64,000 nt of DNA from Clostridia bacterium. GTDB taxonomy: Bacteria > Bacillota > Clostridia > Oscillospirales > Butyricicoccaceae. The stretch lies in NCBI GenBank assembly GCA_017521295.1, contig JAFXDF010000036.1:1275-65274 (forward strand). The letters are read 5' to 3'. Made by a program: the position numbers and the translations under genes. The notes beneath the pieces were generated by a model. The model was given only the letters and a program-made list of their open reading frames with translations. It did no database searches and was not told where the DNA came from. Shown here in pieces: positions 1 through 10,566 of the stretch. The first letter of the stretch is position 1. Each line of letters starts with the position of its first letter.

Positions 1-138
1 ATTGCTCCCTTATTATATTATATAATAATGTAGAATCTATGCTGCATTGTACGCTATTCCATTAAAAAAAGCAAGCCGCTTGTGAAGCCGGTTTCTTTTT
101 GTTATAATATGAAAAAACTGGATGCCGGAGGATTTGCG

Positions 139-933
139 ATGTTTGGTTTTATCGGTGTTGGAAATATGGGTTCGGCCGTGGCTGCGGCCGTGTGTAAAAG
201 TGTGGGCGGCCACCGGGTACTGGTGTGCAACCGCAGCCCGGAAAAGGCACAGGCGGTGGCCAGCCAGCTGAATTGCGGCGTCACCGATGCCCGGACAGCG
301 GCCCAGACCTGCCGCTTTCTCTTTCTGGGCGTCAAGCCCCAGGGCATGGAAGCCCTGCTGCGCGAGCTGCGGCCGGTGCTGCAGGAAACCAAGCCGGTGC
401 TGGTCAGCATGGCCGCCGGCCTGACGACGGCACAGATCGAAGAGCTGGCCGGCGGCAACCTGCCCGTGATGCGCATTATGCCCAACACCCCTGTGGCCCT
501 GGGCTGCGGTATCATCATGTACTGCAAAAACGCCCTGCTGACACAGGAGGACGAGCAGACGCTGGTGGCGGCCCTCTCCCCTGCCGGCATGGTGGATCCG
601 CTGGAAGAGCACCTCATGGATGCCGGCTCGGCCCTGTGCGGCTGCAGTCCGGCCTTTACCGACCTGTACATGGAGGCCCTGGCCGACGGCGCGGTGGCCT
701 GCGGCATTCCCCGGGCCAAGGCGCTGAAGTACGCCGCGGCGGCGGTTGCCGGTGCGGCACAGCTGGCGCTGGAGACCGGAAATCATCCCGGCGCGCTGAA
801 GGACGCCGTCTGCTCTCCCGGCGGCAGCACCATCCAGGGCGTCCGCGCCCTGGAAAACCGTGCCTTCCGGGGTGCGGTGATGGAAGCCGTCATCACGGCG
901 GCAGGCGCCAGCGGCGATCTGGGAAAGCAATAA
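139..933 (+). CDS. proC: pyrroline-5-carboxylate reductase
   Basis: ORF 82..933. Rossmann motif FIGVGNMG at the N-terminus and a GGAGGA RBS about 6 nt before the ATG at 139. Full-length, family-typical sequence. Confidence 0.85.
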   Translation: MFGFIGVGNMGSAVAAAVCKSVGGHRVLVCNRSPEKAQAVASQLNCGVTDARTAAQTCRFLFLGVKPQGMEALLRELRPVLQETKPVLVSMAAGLTTAQIEELAGGNLPVMRIMPNTPVALGCGIIMYCKNALLTQEDEQTLVAALSPAGMVDPLEEHLMDAGSALCGCSPAFTDLYMEALADGAVACGIPRAKALKYAAAAVAGAAQLALETGNHPGALKDAVCSPGGSTIQGVRALENRAFRGAVMEAVITAAGASGDLGKQ

Positions 934-938
934 CGAAA

Positions 939-962
939 GCCCCGACGGAAATCCGTCGGGGC
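939..962. terminator. GC-rich hairpin between convergent proC and coaX (bidirectional terminator candidate)
   Basis: GCCCCGACGG-AAAT-CCGTCGGGGC perfect 10-bp stem. Confidence 0.5.
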
Positions 963-970
963 CTTGTTCG

Positions 971-1744
971 TTATCGTTTGTTATTCAGTTCATAGACCTT
1001 TTTCAGGCCCTGCAGCACCAGATCGGGCTCCTTGCGGGCCTCCATACGGCAATAGGGCAAAATGATGTCGCAGTAGGTGCCGCTGGCGATCACCGGAAGG
1101 GCTTCCTCCCCTTCGCTTTCCCGCAGGCGGTCCACCAGGCCCTCCACCATGGCAGCCGTGCCGTAGACCGCGCCGTTGTTCATAGAGTCCACGGTGTTTT
1201 TACCCAGCAGGGCCTTGGGCGGCTCCAGCGAGATCACCGGCAGCTCGGCGGCCAGCCGGGACAGGCCGTGGATACCGGCAAATGCACCGGGGCAGATCAT
1301 CACGCCGCAAAGGCGGGAGTTTCGGTCGATGAGGGTCAATGTGGTGGCGTCACCGAAGCCCACCACCACAAAGGGCGGCTTCATCAGCGCCAGGGCGCCC
1401 ACACAGGCGGCGGCGATATCGGCGCCCAGCTCGGCAGGGCGTTCGATCTTGATGTCCAGTCCGGTGCGCACGCCGGGGCCCATGAACAGGGGCTTGATGC
1501 CGAAGAGCTTTTCCACCGCGCCGCCGATCACCGGGCTCAGAGGCTTGACCACCGAAGCGATCACCGCGCCGGTGACCTGTTTGGCGTCCACACCGTTCAT
1601 GGCCAGGATGGCGTTCAAAGTGACGGCATACTCATCGCTGCTGCGGCTGCCCGCCGAGGACAGGCGCGCGGTGCACACCAGGGCATCCTTTTGAAACACG
1701 CCGATATTGATCATGGTATTGCCGATCTGGGCAACGAACAGCAT
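971..1744 (-). CDS. coaX: type III pantothenate kinase
   Basis: 257 aa with a family-typical N-terminus (INIGVF...) and ASKHA-like fold motifs. AAGGAGG RBS upstream. Confidence 0.85.
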   Translation of the reverse strand: MLFVAQIGNTMINIGVFQKDALVCTARLSSAGSRSSDEYAVTLNAILAMNGVDAKQVTGAVIASVVKPLSPVIGGAVEKLFGIKPLFMGPGVRTGLDIKIERPAELGADIAAACVGALALMKPPFVVVGFGDATTLTLIDRNSRLCGVMICPGAFAGIHGLSRLAAELPVISLEPPKALLGKNTVDSMNNGAVYGTAAMVEGLVDRLRESEGEEALPVIASGTYCDIILPYCRMEARKEPDLVLQGLKKVYELNNKR

Positions 1745-1801
1745 GAGACCGCCTCCTTCTTATTTAATATAAGTGTAGCAGATTTGCGGAAAAAAGCAAG
1801 G

Positions 1802-1834
1802 AAAAAGCGCCGGAGGTCTCCGGCGCTTTTGTTT
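1802..1834. terminator. hairpin plus T-run downstream of the phosphoketolase gene
   Basis: AGCGCCGGAG-GTCT-CCGGCGCT stem flanked by an A-run and a T-run. Confidence 0.5.
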
Positions 1835-1839
1835 GGCGG

Positions 1840-4191
1840 TTACTTCTGCCACTTCCAGTCCCGGATCTCGGGGAGATCCTGGCCGTACTCGGCGATATAC
1901 TGCTTGTGCTCCACCAGCTTGTCCCGCATCTGCTGCAGCAGATAGGAACCCCGGTTACCCAGCTGGGGCAGGTGCTTGACCACATCCATCACCAGATGGA
2001 ACCGGTCGATGTGGTTCTGGACACGCATATCAAAGGGGGTGGTGATGGTGCCCTCTTCCAGATAGCCCCGGACGTGGAGGTTCTTGTTGTAACGGTGAGA
2101 GGTCAGCTCGTGGATCAGCTTGGGATAGCCGTGGAAAGCAAAGATGATGGGCTTATCCTTGGTGAACAGGCTGTTGTAGTCCACATCGCTGAGGCCGTGG
2201 GGATGGTCGTGCTCCGACTGGAGCTTCATCAGATCCACCACGTTGACCACACGGATCTTGATCTCGGGCAGGTACTCCCGCAGGATGGTGACGGCGGCCA
2301 AGGTCTCCAGGGTGGGGGCGTCGCCGCAGCAGGCCATGACCACATCGGGCTCCTGGCCCTCGTCGTTGGAGGCCCACTGCCAGATGCCGATGCCCTGGGT
2401 GCAGTGCTTGACGGCCTGCTCCATGGTCAGCCACTGGGGACGGGGATGCTTGGAGGCCACCAGCACGTTAATATAGTTCTTGCTTCGGACACAGTGGTCA
2501 AAGCAGGACAGCAGGCAGTTGGCATCGGGGGGCAGGTACAGGCGCACCACGTCGGCCTTCTTGTTGGCCAGATGGTCCAGGAAGCCGGGGTCCTGGTGGG
2601 TGTAGCCGTTGTGGTCCTGCTGCCACACGTTGGAGGACAGCACATAGTTCAGAGAAGCGATCTCCTCACGCCAGTGCAGATCACGGGTGATCTTCAGCCA
2701 CTTGGCGTGCTGGGATGCCATGGAGTCCACGATGCGGATAAAGGCCTCGTAGCTGTTGAAGAATCCGTGACGGCCGGTGAGCAGATAGCCCTCCAGCCAG
2801 CCCTGGCACATATGCTCGGACAGCATACCGTCCATGATGCGGCCTTCCGCGTCCAGATCTTCGTCGTTATCCACCATTTCGGCGTTCCAGTTGCGCTTGG
2901 TGGCTTCAAAGGCCCGGTTCAGACGGTTGGACTTGGTCTCGTCGGGGCCGAACACACGGAAGTTTTTGGCGTCCATGTTCAGCTTGAGCACATCGCGCAC
3001 ATAGCCGCCCAGCTCGGTCATATCCTGGGCCTCCACGCTGCCGGGAACGGGCACGTCCACGGCATACTTGCGGAAGTCGGGCAGGCGCAGGTCACGCAGC
3101 AGCTTGCCGCCGTTGGCATGGGGATTGGCGCCCATGCGGCGGTCGCCCTTGGGAGCCATATCCTTCAGCATCTGGCAGGGAGCGCCGTGCTCGTCAAACA
3201 GCGGCTCGAAGTCATAGGAGCGCAGCCAGTCCTCCACCTTCTGCAGATGGTCGGGCTTGGACATATCCACGGGGACCTGGTGGGCGCGGAAGGTGCCCTC
3301 GATGATCTTGCCGTCGGCCTCCTTGATGCCCGTCCAGCCCTTGGGAGAGCGCAGGATGATCATGGGCCAGCGGGGACGCTTGGTCTCGCCCTGCTCACGG
3401 GCCTTCTTCTGGGCATTCCGGATGTCCCGGACGCACTTGTCCAGCGCGTCGGCCATGTCCTTGTGGGCCTTCATGTTGTCGGTGCCGTCGGTCTCCACGA
3501 AATAGGGCTTCCAGCCGCAGCCCTCGAAGAATTTCTGCAGCTCGTCCTTGGGGATACGGGCAAACAGGGTGGGATTGGCGATCTTATAGCCGTTCAGATG
3601 GAGGATGGGCAGCACGGCGCCGTCCATCCTGGCGCTGAGGAACTTGTTGGAGTGCCAGGCGGTGGCCAGGGGGCCGGTCTCGGCCTCGCCGTCACCCACC
3701 ACACAGGCGGCGATCAGATCGGGGTTGTCAAAGACGGCGCCGAAAGCATGGGCCAGGCTGTAGCCCAGCTCGCCGCCCTCGTTGATGGAGCCGGGCACCT
3801 CGGGTGCCACGTGGCTGGAGATACCGCCGGGGAAGGAGAACTGCTTGAACAGCTTCTGCATACCTTCCTCGTCCTGGCTGATGTTGGGATAGACCTCGCT
3901 GTAAGAGCCGTCCAGCCAGTCCTGGGCCACCATGGCGTTGCCGCCGTGGCCGGGGCCCGACAGGTAGATCATGTTCAGGTCATACTGGTTGATGATGCGG
4001 TTCAGGTGGGTATAAATAAAATTCTGTCCGGGAACGGTGCCCCAGTGACCCACGATCTTCTTTTTGATGTGCTCGGGCTTGAGGGGCTGCTTCAGCAGAG
4101 GGTTGTCCAGCAGGTACAGCTGACCGGCGGACAGGAAGTTGGAAGCACGCCACCAGGCGTCCAGCTTTTTCAGCATGGCATCGGATACCAT
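1840..4191 (-). CDS. xfp: xylulose-5-phosphate/fructose-6-phosphate phosphoketolase
   Basis: 783 aa. N-terminus ...[18 protein letters not shown]... and the GHWGT and GPGHGG motifs are typical of XFP phosphoketolases. Confidence 0.9.
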   Translation of the reverse strand: MVSDAMLKKLDAWWRASNFLSAGQLYLLDNPLLKQPLKPEHIKKKIVGHWGTVPGQNFIYTHLNRIINQYDLNMIYLSGPGHGGNAMVAQDWLDGSYSEVYPNISQDEEGMQKLFKQFSFPGGISSHVAPEVPGSINEGGELGYSLAHAFGAVFDNPDLIAACVVGDGEAETGPLATAWHSNKFLSARMDGAVLPILHLNGYKIANPTLFARIPKDELQKFFEGCGWKPYFVETDGTDNMKAHKDMADALDKCVRDIRNAQKKAREQGETKRPRWPMIILRSPKGWTGIKEADGKIIEGTFRAHQVPVDMSKPDHLQKVEDWLRSYDFEPLFDEHGAPCQMLKDMAPKGDRRMGANPHANGGKLLRDLRLPDFRKYAVDVPVPGSVEAQDMTELGGYVRDVLKLNMDAKNFRVFGPDETKSNRLNRAFEATKRNWNAEMVDNDEDLDAEGRIMDGMLSEHMCQGWLEGYLLTGRHGFFNSYEAFIRIVDSMASQHAKWLKITRDLHWREEIASLNYVLSSNVWQQDHNGYTHQDPGFLDHLANKKADVVRLYLPPDANCLLSCFDHCVRSKNYINVLVASKHPRPQWLTMEQAVKHCTQGIGIWQWASNDEGQEPDVVMACCGDAPTLETLAAVTILREYLPEIKIRVVNVVDLMKLQSEHDHPHGLSDVDYNSLFTKDKPIIFAFHGYPKLIHELTSHRYNKNLHVRGYLEEGTITTPFDMRVQNHIDRFHLVMDVVKHLPQLGNRGSYLLQQMRDKLVEHKQYIAEYGQDLPEIRDWKWQK

Positions 4192-4282
4192 AAGTTTTCC
4201 TCCTTATATGAAAAAGTGTTAAAAACATCACGATTCAAGGTTATTATATCCAATTTCTGCACAAATGTAAAACAAATTTTCT

Positions 4283-4312
4283 GCAAACAAAAAGCGGCCT
4301 AAGGCCGCTTTT
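4283..4312 (-). terminator. intrinsic terminator after the MATE gene
   Basis: AAAAGCGGCC-TAA-GGCCGCTTTT hairpin with a T-run on the minus strand. Confidence 0.5.
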
Positions 4313-4313
4313 C

Positions 4314-5639
4314 TTAAATCATATTCATCTGCTTCAGATTGCGCTTGAGGAACACCGCGGCCATGGCCAGAACGACGATCTCCGAGAAGATGGGCGTGTA
4401 CCACAGGCCCGTTCCCTTTGTGACGGCAGCCAGGGTCACCAGCACGCAGGACTGGACGATCAGACCCCGGCCGGTGGAAATGGCAATGGCCGGCAAGGGC
4501 CGCTCCAGAGCGGTGAGGAAGCCGCCGATGACCACGTTGAAGCCTACCAGCAGCCAGGAGAAGCTGTACTGGCGGAAGGCCACCACGCTGTCGGCCACCA
4601 GGGCGGGTGATGCCTCGCTGAGATATGCCCCCACCACCTGCGGCGCAAACAGATACAGTCCGCCCAGGCACACCACGCCGAACAGCAGGGCGGTTTTGAG
4701 ACCGTAGCCCAACAGCTTTTTGCAGGAAGCGCCGTCGTTTTTGCCGTAACGGTAGCTCACCAGCGGTTGAGAGCCCTGGGTAATGCCCATCATCAGATTG
4801 ATGACGATGGTGTTCATATAGGCAATCACGGTATAGGTCACCAGGCCGTCGGCGCCCAGATATTTCTGCACCGTCCGGTTGAAGATCAAAATCATCAGAC
4901 CGTTGCACAGTTCGGTAACACCGTCCGACAGGCCGATGGGGATCAGCCGCTTGTAGATCCGGGGATCAAACTTGAACTTCCGCAGGCGGAAGGTGCACTT
5001 GGGTCCGAAAAAGTGTGCCAGATAGATAATGCAGGTGATCAGCTGAGAGGTGCCGGTGGCCACGGCGGCGCCGAACACGCCCATATCCAGCCAGAAGATG
5101 GCGATATAGTCCAGGATGCAGTTGGCCACCGCACCGGTGGTCACCGAGATCACCGCCAGTTTGGGGTAGCCGTCGGTCTTGACCAGCACTTCCAGGTTAT
5201 AGGAAATGATGAAGCAGGCGCTGAAGGGCGCCAGGCCCAGCAGGTACTGCTTGACATATTCCAGCGTCACCTCATCGGCGCCCAGCAGCTTGGCAATGGG
5301 TTCCCGGAAAACCAGCACCGCCGCGGAAATGGCCACGCCCATGCCCAGCAGCAGGAAAAAGTTCTGGGAAAACAGGCTGTCGGCCTCTTCCTTCCGGCCC
5401 TGGGCCAGATGGATGGCGATGATGGTGGAGGAGCCCACGGCGAACATTACCGCCAGGGAAAACAGGGCGTTGGTATACGGGATGGCCAGGTTGACGGCGC
5501 TCATGGCGTACTCGTTGACGCCCAGGGAGACCATAAGGCCGTCCACCATGGAGTACAGGGAGAACACCATCAGCGACGCTGCCGCAGCCGTAACAAAACG
5601 AATGAAATCAGAGCGGAGGCTCTTTCCTTCCAGTTGCAA
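4314..5639 (-). CDS. MATE family efflux transporter
   Basis: 441 aa polytopic membrane protein with MATE-typical repeats. Confidence 0.85.
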   Translation of the reverse strand: MQLEGKSLRSDFIRFVTAAAASLMVFSLYSMVDGLMVSLGVNEYAMSAVNLAIPYTNALFSLAVMFAVGSSTIIAIHLAQGRKEEADSLFSQNFFLLLGMGVAISAAVLVFREPIAKLLGADEVTLEYVKQYLLGLAPFSACFIISYNLEVLVKTDGYPKLAVISVTTGAVANCILDYIAIFWLDMGVFGAAVATGTSQLITCIIYLAHFFGPKCTFRLRKFKFDPRIYKRLIPIGLSDGVTELCNGLMILIFNRTVQKYLGADGLVTYTVIAYMNTIVINLMMGITQGSQPLVSYRYGKNDGASCKKLLGYGLKTALLFGVVCLGGLYLFAPQVVGAYLSEASPALVADSVVAFRQYSFSWLLVGFNVVIGGFLTALERPLPAIAISTGRGLIVQSCVLVTLAAVTKGTGLWYTPIFSEIVVLAMAAVFLKRNLKQMNMI

Positions 5640-5823
5640 AGTAACAAATCCTTTCTGAAATTGGCTATGCCCGTATTATAGCACAGCCATGCGGGCCTTC
5701 GTCAACCCTTGCCCTTTGGAGAAAAGCCCGGCTTTTCCGCGAAGTTTCAGCGTTTTTTCCGATGGCGGCCGCCGTCCTGCCGTTTCATCGTCCGTCCTCA
5801 ACGGTCATCGCCCGTCCTCGGTT

Positions 5824-5943
5824 TCATGCCTCCATGGCTTCCAGTTCGTCCCAGGCCTCGCTCTCGGTATCGGCCGAAAACAGAAACCGGCCCGAAGGGG
5901 CGTAAACGTTATAATGTCCGAACACATATTTTACCTGATACAT
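5824..5943 (-). CDS. small hypothetical protein (39 aa, MYQVKYVFGHYNVYAPSGRF...)
   Basis: ATG preceded by a GGAGGT RBS at about 7 nt. Below the ORF-track size cutoff and found by reading the strand. Confidence 0.3.
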   Translation of the reverse strand: MYQVKYVFGHYNVYAPSGRFLFSADTESEAWDELEAMEA

Positions 5944-5994
5944 GGACGATACCTCCTTTGTTGTTGGTATCAGTGTAACAGGTATATTATCCGA

Positions 5995-6549
5995 TTAAAC
6001 GGACAGCAAGATGTGCAGACCCAGTAAAATCAGCACCGCAGGTACCAGGACGGCTTTGTATTTCCCGATGACCGCCCCCACCCGGGGCAGGGACGCCAGC
6101 CGGGCCCCCAGCAGGCACCACAGCAGGGTCATAAGGGCGAACACACCGGCGCACAGCGCCAGCTGGCCACCGTCAAACCCGGCGAACAGGGGGATATAGA
6201 CCCCCAGATTGTCGCCGCCGTTGGCCACCGTCAGCAGGGCCGTGGACAGCAGGCCCACAGCGGAAGGCGCCCGTTCTTCTTCGCCGCTCCGCTTCAGCCA
6301 GGCGCGGATACCAAGAATGAGGGGCACCAGACCCAGCAGCCGCAGCCAGGCCTCGGGCACGCCGCCCAGGCCCAGAGCGCAGGCCACGCTCGCCGCCGTA
6401 AGAGCGGCGATTCCCAGCAGCTGGCCCAAGCAGATCTTCTGCCGGGCGAGCCGGCTTTCCGCCTGGCCGAACAGCAGCATCAGCACAAACAAATCATCCA
6501 CGTTGGTGGCGGCAAAGGCCGCGGCCGACGCCGCAAGGGCTTCCCACAT
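5995..6549 (-). CDS. cadD: CadD-family cadmium resistance-type transporter
   Basis: Start moved to MWEAL (GGGAGG RBS). The motif TNVDDLFVLMLLF is typical of the CadD family. Confidence 0.7.
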   Translation of the reverse strand: MWEALAASAAAFAATNVDDLFVLMLLFGQAESRLARQKICLGQLLGIAALTAASVACALGLGGVPEAWLRLLGLVPLILGIRAWLKRSGEEERAPSAVGLLSTALLTVANGGDNLGVYIPLFAGFDGGQLALCAGVFALMTLLWCLLGARLASLPRVGAVIGKYKAVLVPAVLILLGLHILLSV

Positions 6550-6744
6550 GGCGCGCACCTCCCTTTTTTTGTGAAATTTCACAACATTTTACCACGAACA
6601 GGGCCGTTCCGCAATGTTTCGCCTGTTTTTTCTGCCAAAATTTTATTTTTTCGTTGCCATGCTTTTTCGAGTTTGCTATAATATTTCCGTTAAAAACGTA
6701 CATCCGAATGTAGTCCATATACTACCTGAAAGGGGATCTTTAAC

Positions 6745-7431
6745 ATGAAAACACTTTATGAAGGTAAGACCAAAAACGTCATGCTGGACGAAGCTACCAA
6801 CGTGGTCCATCTGTTCTTCAAGGACAGTGCTACCGGCGAAAACGGCGTCTTCGATCCTGGCTCCAACTCCGTGGGCGGCAGTGTGGAAGGTAAGGGCAAG
6901 GTCGGCCTGGCCGTTTCCAAGTATTTCTTCGAGCTGATGGAAAAGAACGGCATCCCCACCCACTATCTGGGCTCCGATCTGGACCAGGGCCTGATGAAGG
7001 TCCGCAACCTGACCGTTCCCAAGCTGGAGTTCGTCCTGCGTTACTTCACCGCCGGCTCTATGTGCCGTCGTTTTGACCTGGAGCAGGGCATCCCCTTTGA
7101 TCCCCCCTACTGCGAAGTCACTCTGAAGAGCGACGCCCAGGGCGACCCCCTGATCACCGAGCGTCTGTGCATCATGAAGGGTATGCTGAAGGAAGGCCAG
7201 TTTGACCAGGCTCTGGAGATCCTGGTGAAGGTTGGCGAAGTTCTGAAGAAGGAACTGGCCGGCATGAACCTGCAGCTCATCGACTTCAAGATCGAGGTCG
7301 GTTATGACGAGAACGGCAAGATCTACGTGGCTGACGAGATCACTCCCGACATCTGGCGTGTCAAGGACGAGAATGGCAACATTCCCAACCAGATCGACTG
7401 CGCCAAGATGATCCTGGCCAAGATCCAGTAA
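6745..7431 (+). CDS. purC: phosphoribosylaminoimidazole-succinocarboxamide (SAICAR) synthase
   Basis: 228 aa with N-terminal LYEGKTK motif. Confidence 0.9.
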   Translation: MKTLYEGKTKNVMLDEATNVVHLFFKDSATGENGVFDPGSNSVGGSVEGKGKVGLAVSKYFFELMEKNGIPTHYLGSDLDQGLMKVRNLTVPKLEFVLRYFTAGSMCRRFDLEQGIPFDPPYCEVTLKSDAQGDPLITERLCIMKGMLKEGQFDQALEILVKVGEVLKKELAGMNLQLIDFKIEVGYDENGKIYVADEITPDIWRVKDENGNIPNQIDCAKMILAKIQ

Positions 7432-7443
7432 AACAGGCAAACG

Positions 7444-7475
7444 AAAAGCACCCCAGACGGGGTGCTTTTTTGTTT
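7444..7475 (+). terminator. intrinsic terminator after purC
   Basis: AAAAGCACCCC-AGAC-GGGGTGCTTTTTT. Confidence 0.6.
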
Positions 7476-8014
7476 TATTCAAAGATCTGAGCTTCCGCCT
7501 CTAAACGCTTGCGTTTTTTGCTGAGCTTCCAGGCGCCGAAGCAGCCCAAAAGGCCCAGTGCCAGATTGAGATAGCCCACATTGGCAAGACCGATGCCGGT
7601 TCTCACGGCATTGCCCACATTGCTGAAACCGATGCACAGATTGGCGCCGCTGATGGGCAGCACCAGAGCGATGATGCGCTTGAGATGCTTGATGCGGGAC
7701 TCCAGGTCAGAATACAGGTCAAAGGGGCCGTCGGCCGTCTTTTTGCGGAAATAGACCCAGCGGAAGTAATTGCCCACCTGCTCCACACCGGTTTCCTCCA
7801 GAAAGCGGATGTACTGCTGGCTTTCGGCGTGCTGCAGCTGGTTTTCCAGCAGCTCCAGCCGCACCTGATATTCGCCGGGAACGCATTCTTCAAACTCATA
7901 GCGGCAGAAACCCACACCCACCAGGGCCAGGCCCTTGGCGGCCATTTCATTGAGCCACTGCTCTTCCTTGTCAAACTCCCAGACCCAGAACCATTTTTTG
8001 ACTATCTTTCTCAT
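7475..8014 (-). CDS. DUF2812-type membrane protein (PadR partner)
   Basis: 179 aa. N-terminal EEQWLNEMAAKG motif and C-terminal TM helices. Overlaps the upstream padR stop codon. Confidence 0.6.
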   Translation of the reverse strand: MRKIVKKWFWVWEFDKEEQWLNEMAAKGLALVGVGFCRYEFEECVPGEYQVRLELLENQLQHAESQQYIRFLEETGVEQVGNYFRWVYFRKKTADGPFDLYSDLESRIKHLKRIIALVLPISGANLCIGFSNVGNAVRTGIGLANVGYLNLALGLLGCFGAWKLSKKRKRLEAEAQIFE

Positions 8015-8328
8015 CGTTCTTCCTCCCCCAGGATGCGCATTCCGTTTTCCAGCAGCTCCCGCAGGCGCCGCACCTCAGCCTTCAGCACGTCCAGGCCGGC
8101 CTCGGTGATCCGGTATTCCTTCTTGCGGCTGTCGGCTTCATTTTCCAGGGCACGGATCCAGCCCTTGTCCAGCAGAGTGTTGAGGGCACCGTACAGGGTG
8201 CCGGCCGCCAGACGGACTCTGCCGCCGGACAGCTTGTCCACATTCTGGATGATGCCGTAGCCGTGGAGCGGCTCCTGCAGCGACAGCAAAATATAATAGA
8301 CCGCCTCGGTCAGTGCGGGATTGGGCAT
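8011..8328 (-). CDS. PadR family transcriptional regulator
   Basis: 105 aa winged-helix protein with motif YYILLSL...HGYGI. Confidence 0.85.
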   Translation of the reverse strand: MPNPALTEAVYYILLSLQEPLHGYGIIQNVDKLSGGRVRLAAGTLYGALNTLLDKGWIRALENEADSRKKEYRITEAGLDVLKAEVRRLRELLENGMRILGEEER

Positions 8329-8480
8329 ACGATCGCTCCTTTCGCTCGGTTCCCGTTATATCTTTTGCCGTTATATCGGCTTCCGATATATTATATATAG
8401 CACAGTCTCCGCCCGCTGTCAATCCCTTTTCACAGAAAAAGACCCTGCCCGAAGGCAGGGTCTTTGATTGAAAGGGGAAA

Positions 8481-10328
8481 TTACTCGACGATATCGCCGA
8501 ACATGGAGCCCCAGCCGAAACCGGGCACATACTGCTTCATGGGCAGCTGCAGGCGGTCGGCAAACAGCTCGTAGTTGACGCCCTGCACCACGGGGATGGT
8601 GATCACGTCTTCCAGAGCGATGATCTCCAGCTTCTGGGTCTCCTGGAGGATGGTCTCATAGTCGCCGCTCTTCACAGCTTCGCAGGCAGCGAACTGAGCC
8701 TCAAAGCGATCGGTGTAAGTAAAGGTGGGACGGGCGGTGTAATCCTTGGTGTGGTAGTAGTACACCTGATAGGGCAGGGTACGGGACAGGCTGCGGCCCC
8801 AGTCCATCTCAACGATGTCCCAGCTCTCGGGCTGCATTTCCATCATATCCAGGGACATACCGGAAGCCACCATGAAGGTCTCCACCTGGACCTTACCCTT
8901 GAAGATCTTGGGGAACTCTTCCATGAACAGCTCGGCGCTCTTCTGCATGGTCTGGGAGGACTCGGAAACCATGACCTTCACGGTAGCCACATAATCCTCG
9001 GGCAGGTTGCAGTCGGCATAAGCCTTCATCAGATAGTCGTAAGCCAGCTCGGGGTTGTAGCCGCAGACTTCGCCTTCGGCGCTCCAGCTCTCGATCATAT
9101 CCCAGACTTCCTGGCCGTACTTGGAGTCACGGTAGCACAGGCCGCTCTCGGACAGAGCGCCGGCCATGCCGTTGATGTAGGTACCGGTGGGCTCCATGTA
9201 ACCGTAGATATCGCGGGCGATGACTTCACGGTTCATGGCGTGATACAGAGCCTTTTCAAAGTTGTTGTTGCCGGACAGGGGGTTTTCGGGGTTCTTCACG
9301 TTGATATCATAGTCATAGACCATGATGGAAGGATAGGACACCATACGGGGATCGTCGATGTAGGTCTCGATGGTGTTGGCGTCGGGAGAGAAGGAGTCCA
9401 GCTGACCGGACTCGAACAGGGTGACGCGGGCATTCATCTCGGGAACGATACGGACCTGGACCTCGTCATAGTTGAAGTAATCGGCCAGCCAGTGATCCTC
9501 GTTCTTGGTGTAGATGTGCATGTTGTCGTATTCCCAGCGGTCAAAGGTATAGGGGCCGCAGCCGATCCAGTGATCCAGATCGGAACCGTAGGTGGTGGTC
9601 AGACGGTCGGAGCTCAGGCACTCCTCGAACAGCTCGGGATGGACGGGATAGTTGGAACGGGTGGTGAAGTGGGTGCAGAAGGCAGCCTCATCCACGGGGG
9701 TCTCGGTGGTGATCTGGATGGTGCGGTCGTCGATCTGCTTGATGCCGACATCTTCCCAGGCAACCACAGCGGGATGGCCCTCGGTGCCCTGGAGCATATA
9801 ATCGTAGGCGTTCTTGATGGTGATGTTGTTGTCAGCCAGGAAGGTGGCCATGGCGTTGGTCATCTGAGGATCCAGAATGGTCTTGAAGGTGTACATATAG
9901 GTGTTGGCGTCGATGGGATCGCCGTTGGACCACTTGGCCTCTTCACGGATGGAGAACTCCCAGGTCAGATCGTCGATCTTCTTGGGCATATCGGCGGCCA
10001 GGTCGGGAACGTAGTGGTAGCCCATGCCGTCATCGTTGGGCACGGCACGCCACAGGGTGGAGTTACACCAGGACAGAGGCACATCGTTGCCTTCCTGGAC
10101 GGTGCCCATGCCGTTCATGGTATCCACTTCACCGGACAGATAGGTGTAGTAGATCTTCTTGGCAGTCTCGGCGGGCTGGGTGGGAGCGGGGGTCGTGGGC
10201 GTGGGAGTGGTAGGTGCGGGAGTAGTGGGCGTGGTGGGCGTCTCGGCGGGCTTGTCGTTGCCGCAGGCAGCGGCCACAGACAGCAGCATCAGGGCGGCCA
10301 TCATCAGGGCGATCAACTTTTTGCTCAT
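8481..10328 (-). CDS. ABC transporter substrate-binding lipoprotein (family 5, peptide/nickel type)
   Basis: 615 aa. Signal peptide with a lipobox (AAC), a T/P-rich linker and an SBP_bac_5-like body. Confidence 0.8.
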   Translation of the reverse strand: MSKKLIALMMAALMLLSVAAACGNDKPAETPTTPTTPAPTTPTPTTPAPTQPAETAKKIYYTYLSGEVDTMNGMGTVQEGNDVPLSWCNSTLWRAVPNDDGMGYHYVPDLAADMPKKIDDLTWEFSIREEAKWSNGDPIDANTYMYTFKTILDPQMTNAMATFLADNNITIKNAYDYMLQGTEGHPAVVAWEDVGIKQIDDRTIQITTETPVDEAAFCTHFTTRSNYPVHPELFEECLSSDRLTTTYGSDLDHWIGCGPYTFDRWEYDNMHIYTKNEDHWLADYFNYDEVQVRIVPEMNARVTLFESGQLDSFSPDANTIETYIDDPRMVSYPSIMVYDYDINVKNPENPLSGNNNFEKALYHAMNREVIARDIYGYMEPTGTYINGMAGALSESGLCYRDSKYGQEVWDMIESWSAEGEVCGYNPELAYDYLMKAYADCNLPEDYVATVKVMVSESSQTMQKSAELFMEEFPKIFKGKVQVETFMVASGMSLDMMEMQPESWDIVEMDWGRSLSRTLPYQVYYYHTKDYTARPTFTYTDRFEAQFAACEAVKSGDYETILQETQKLEIIALEDVITIPVVQGVNYELFADRLQLPMKQYVPGFGWGSMFGDIVE

Positions 10329-10493
10329 GGTTGCATCTCCTTTTCTGTTATTTGCTATTTTACGACATTTTGCACAATTACTTCACATTTGCAGTTGTCA
10401 TTTAAATCATAACACACAACACCCGTTTGTCAAGCGAAAACCACCTCTTTTTTCGGTTTCTTATCCGAAAAAGGCCTTTTCCCCGGCTTTCCC

Positions 10494-10522
10494 TTGACAC
10501 ACATTTCTGCAGACTTTATAAT
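10494..10522 (+). promoter_or_regulatory. consensus sigma-A-type promoter upstream of the flippase gene
   Basis: TTGACA (10494-10499), 17-nt spacer, TATAAT (10517-10522). Confidence 0.45.
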
Positions 10523-10566
10523 TATAATATCTGTGACCAATTTTATTTCCTTGGAAAGGAACCTGT

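Noticed and set aside
1906-4302. 798-aa ORF on the plus strand
   Set aside because: It is exactly antisense to the well-supported phosphoketolase gene. Its composition is G/A/V/H/L-rich and low-complexity, typical of shadow ORFs in high-GC DNA. It has no RBS or motif.
5689-6027. Plus-strand ORFs of 112 aa and 89 aa in the MATE-cadD gap
   Set aside because: They have no RBS and a proline/arginine/serine-rich composition. The small RBS-preceded ORF on the opposite strand is more plausible.
6583-6744. Possible purine riboswitch upstream of purC
   Set aside because: Only a promoter-like TTGCCA-17-TATAAT and a short hairpin are visible. The conserved three-way-junction elements of a purine riboswitch could not be found by eye.
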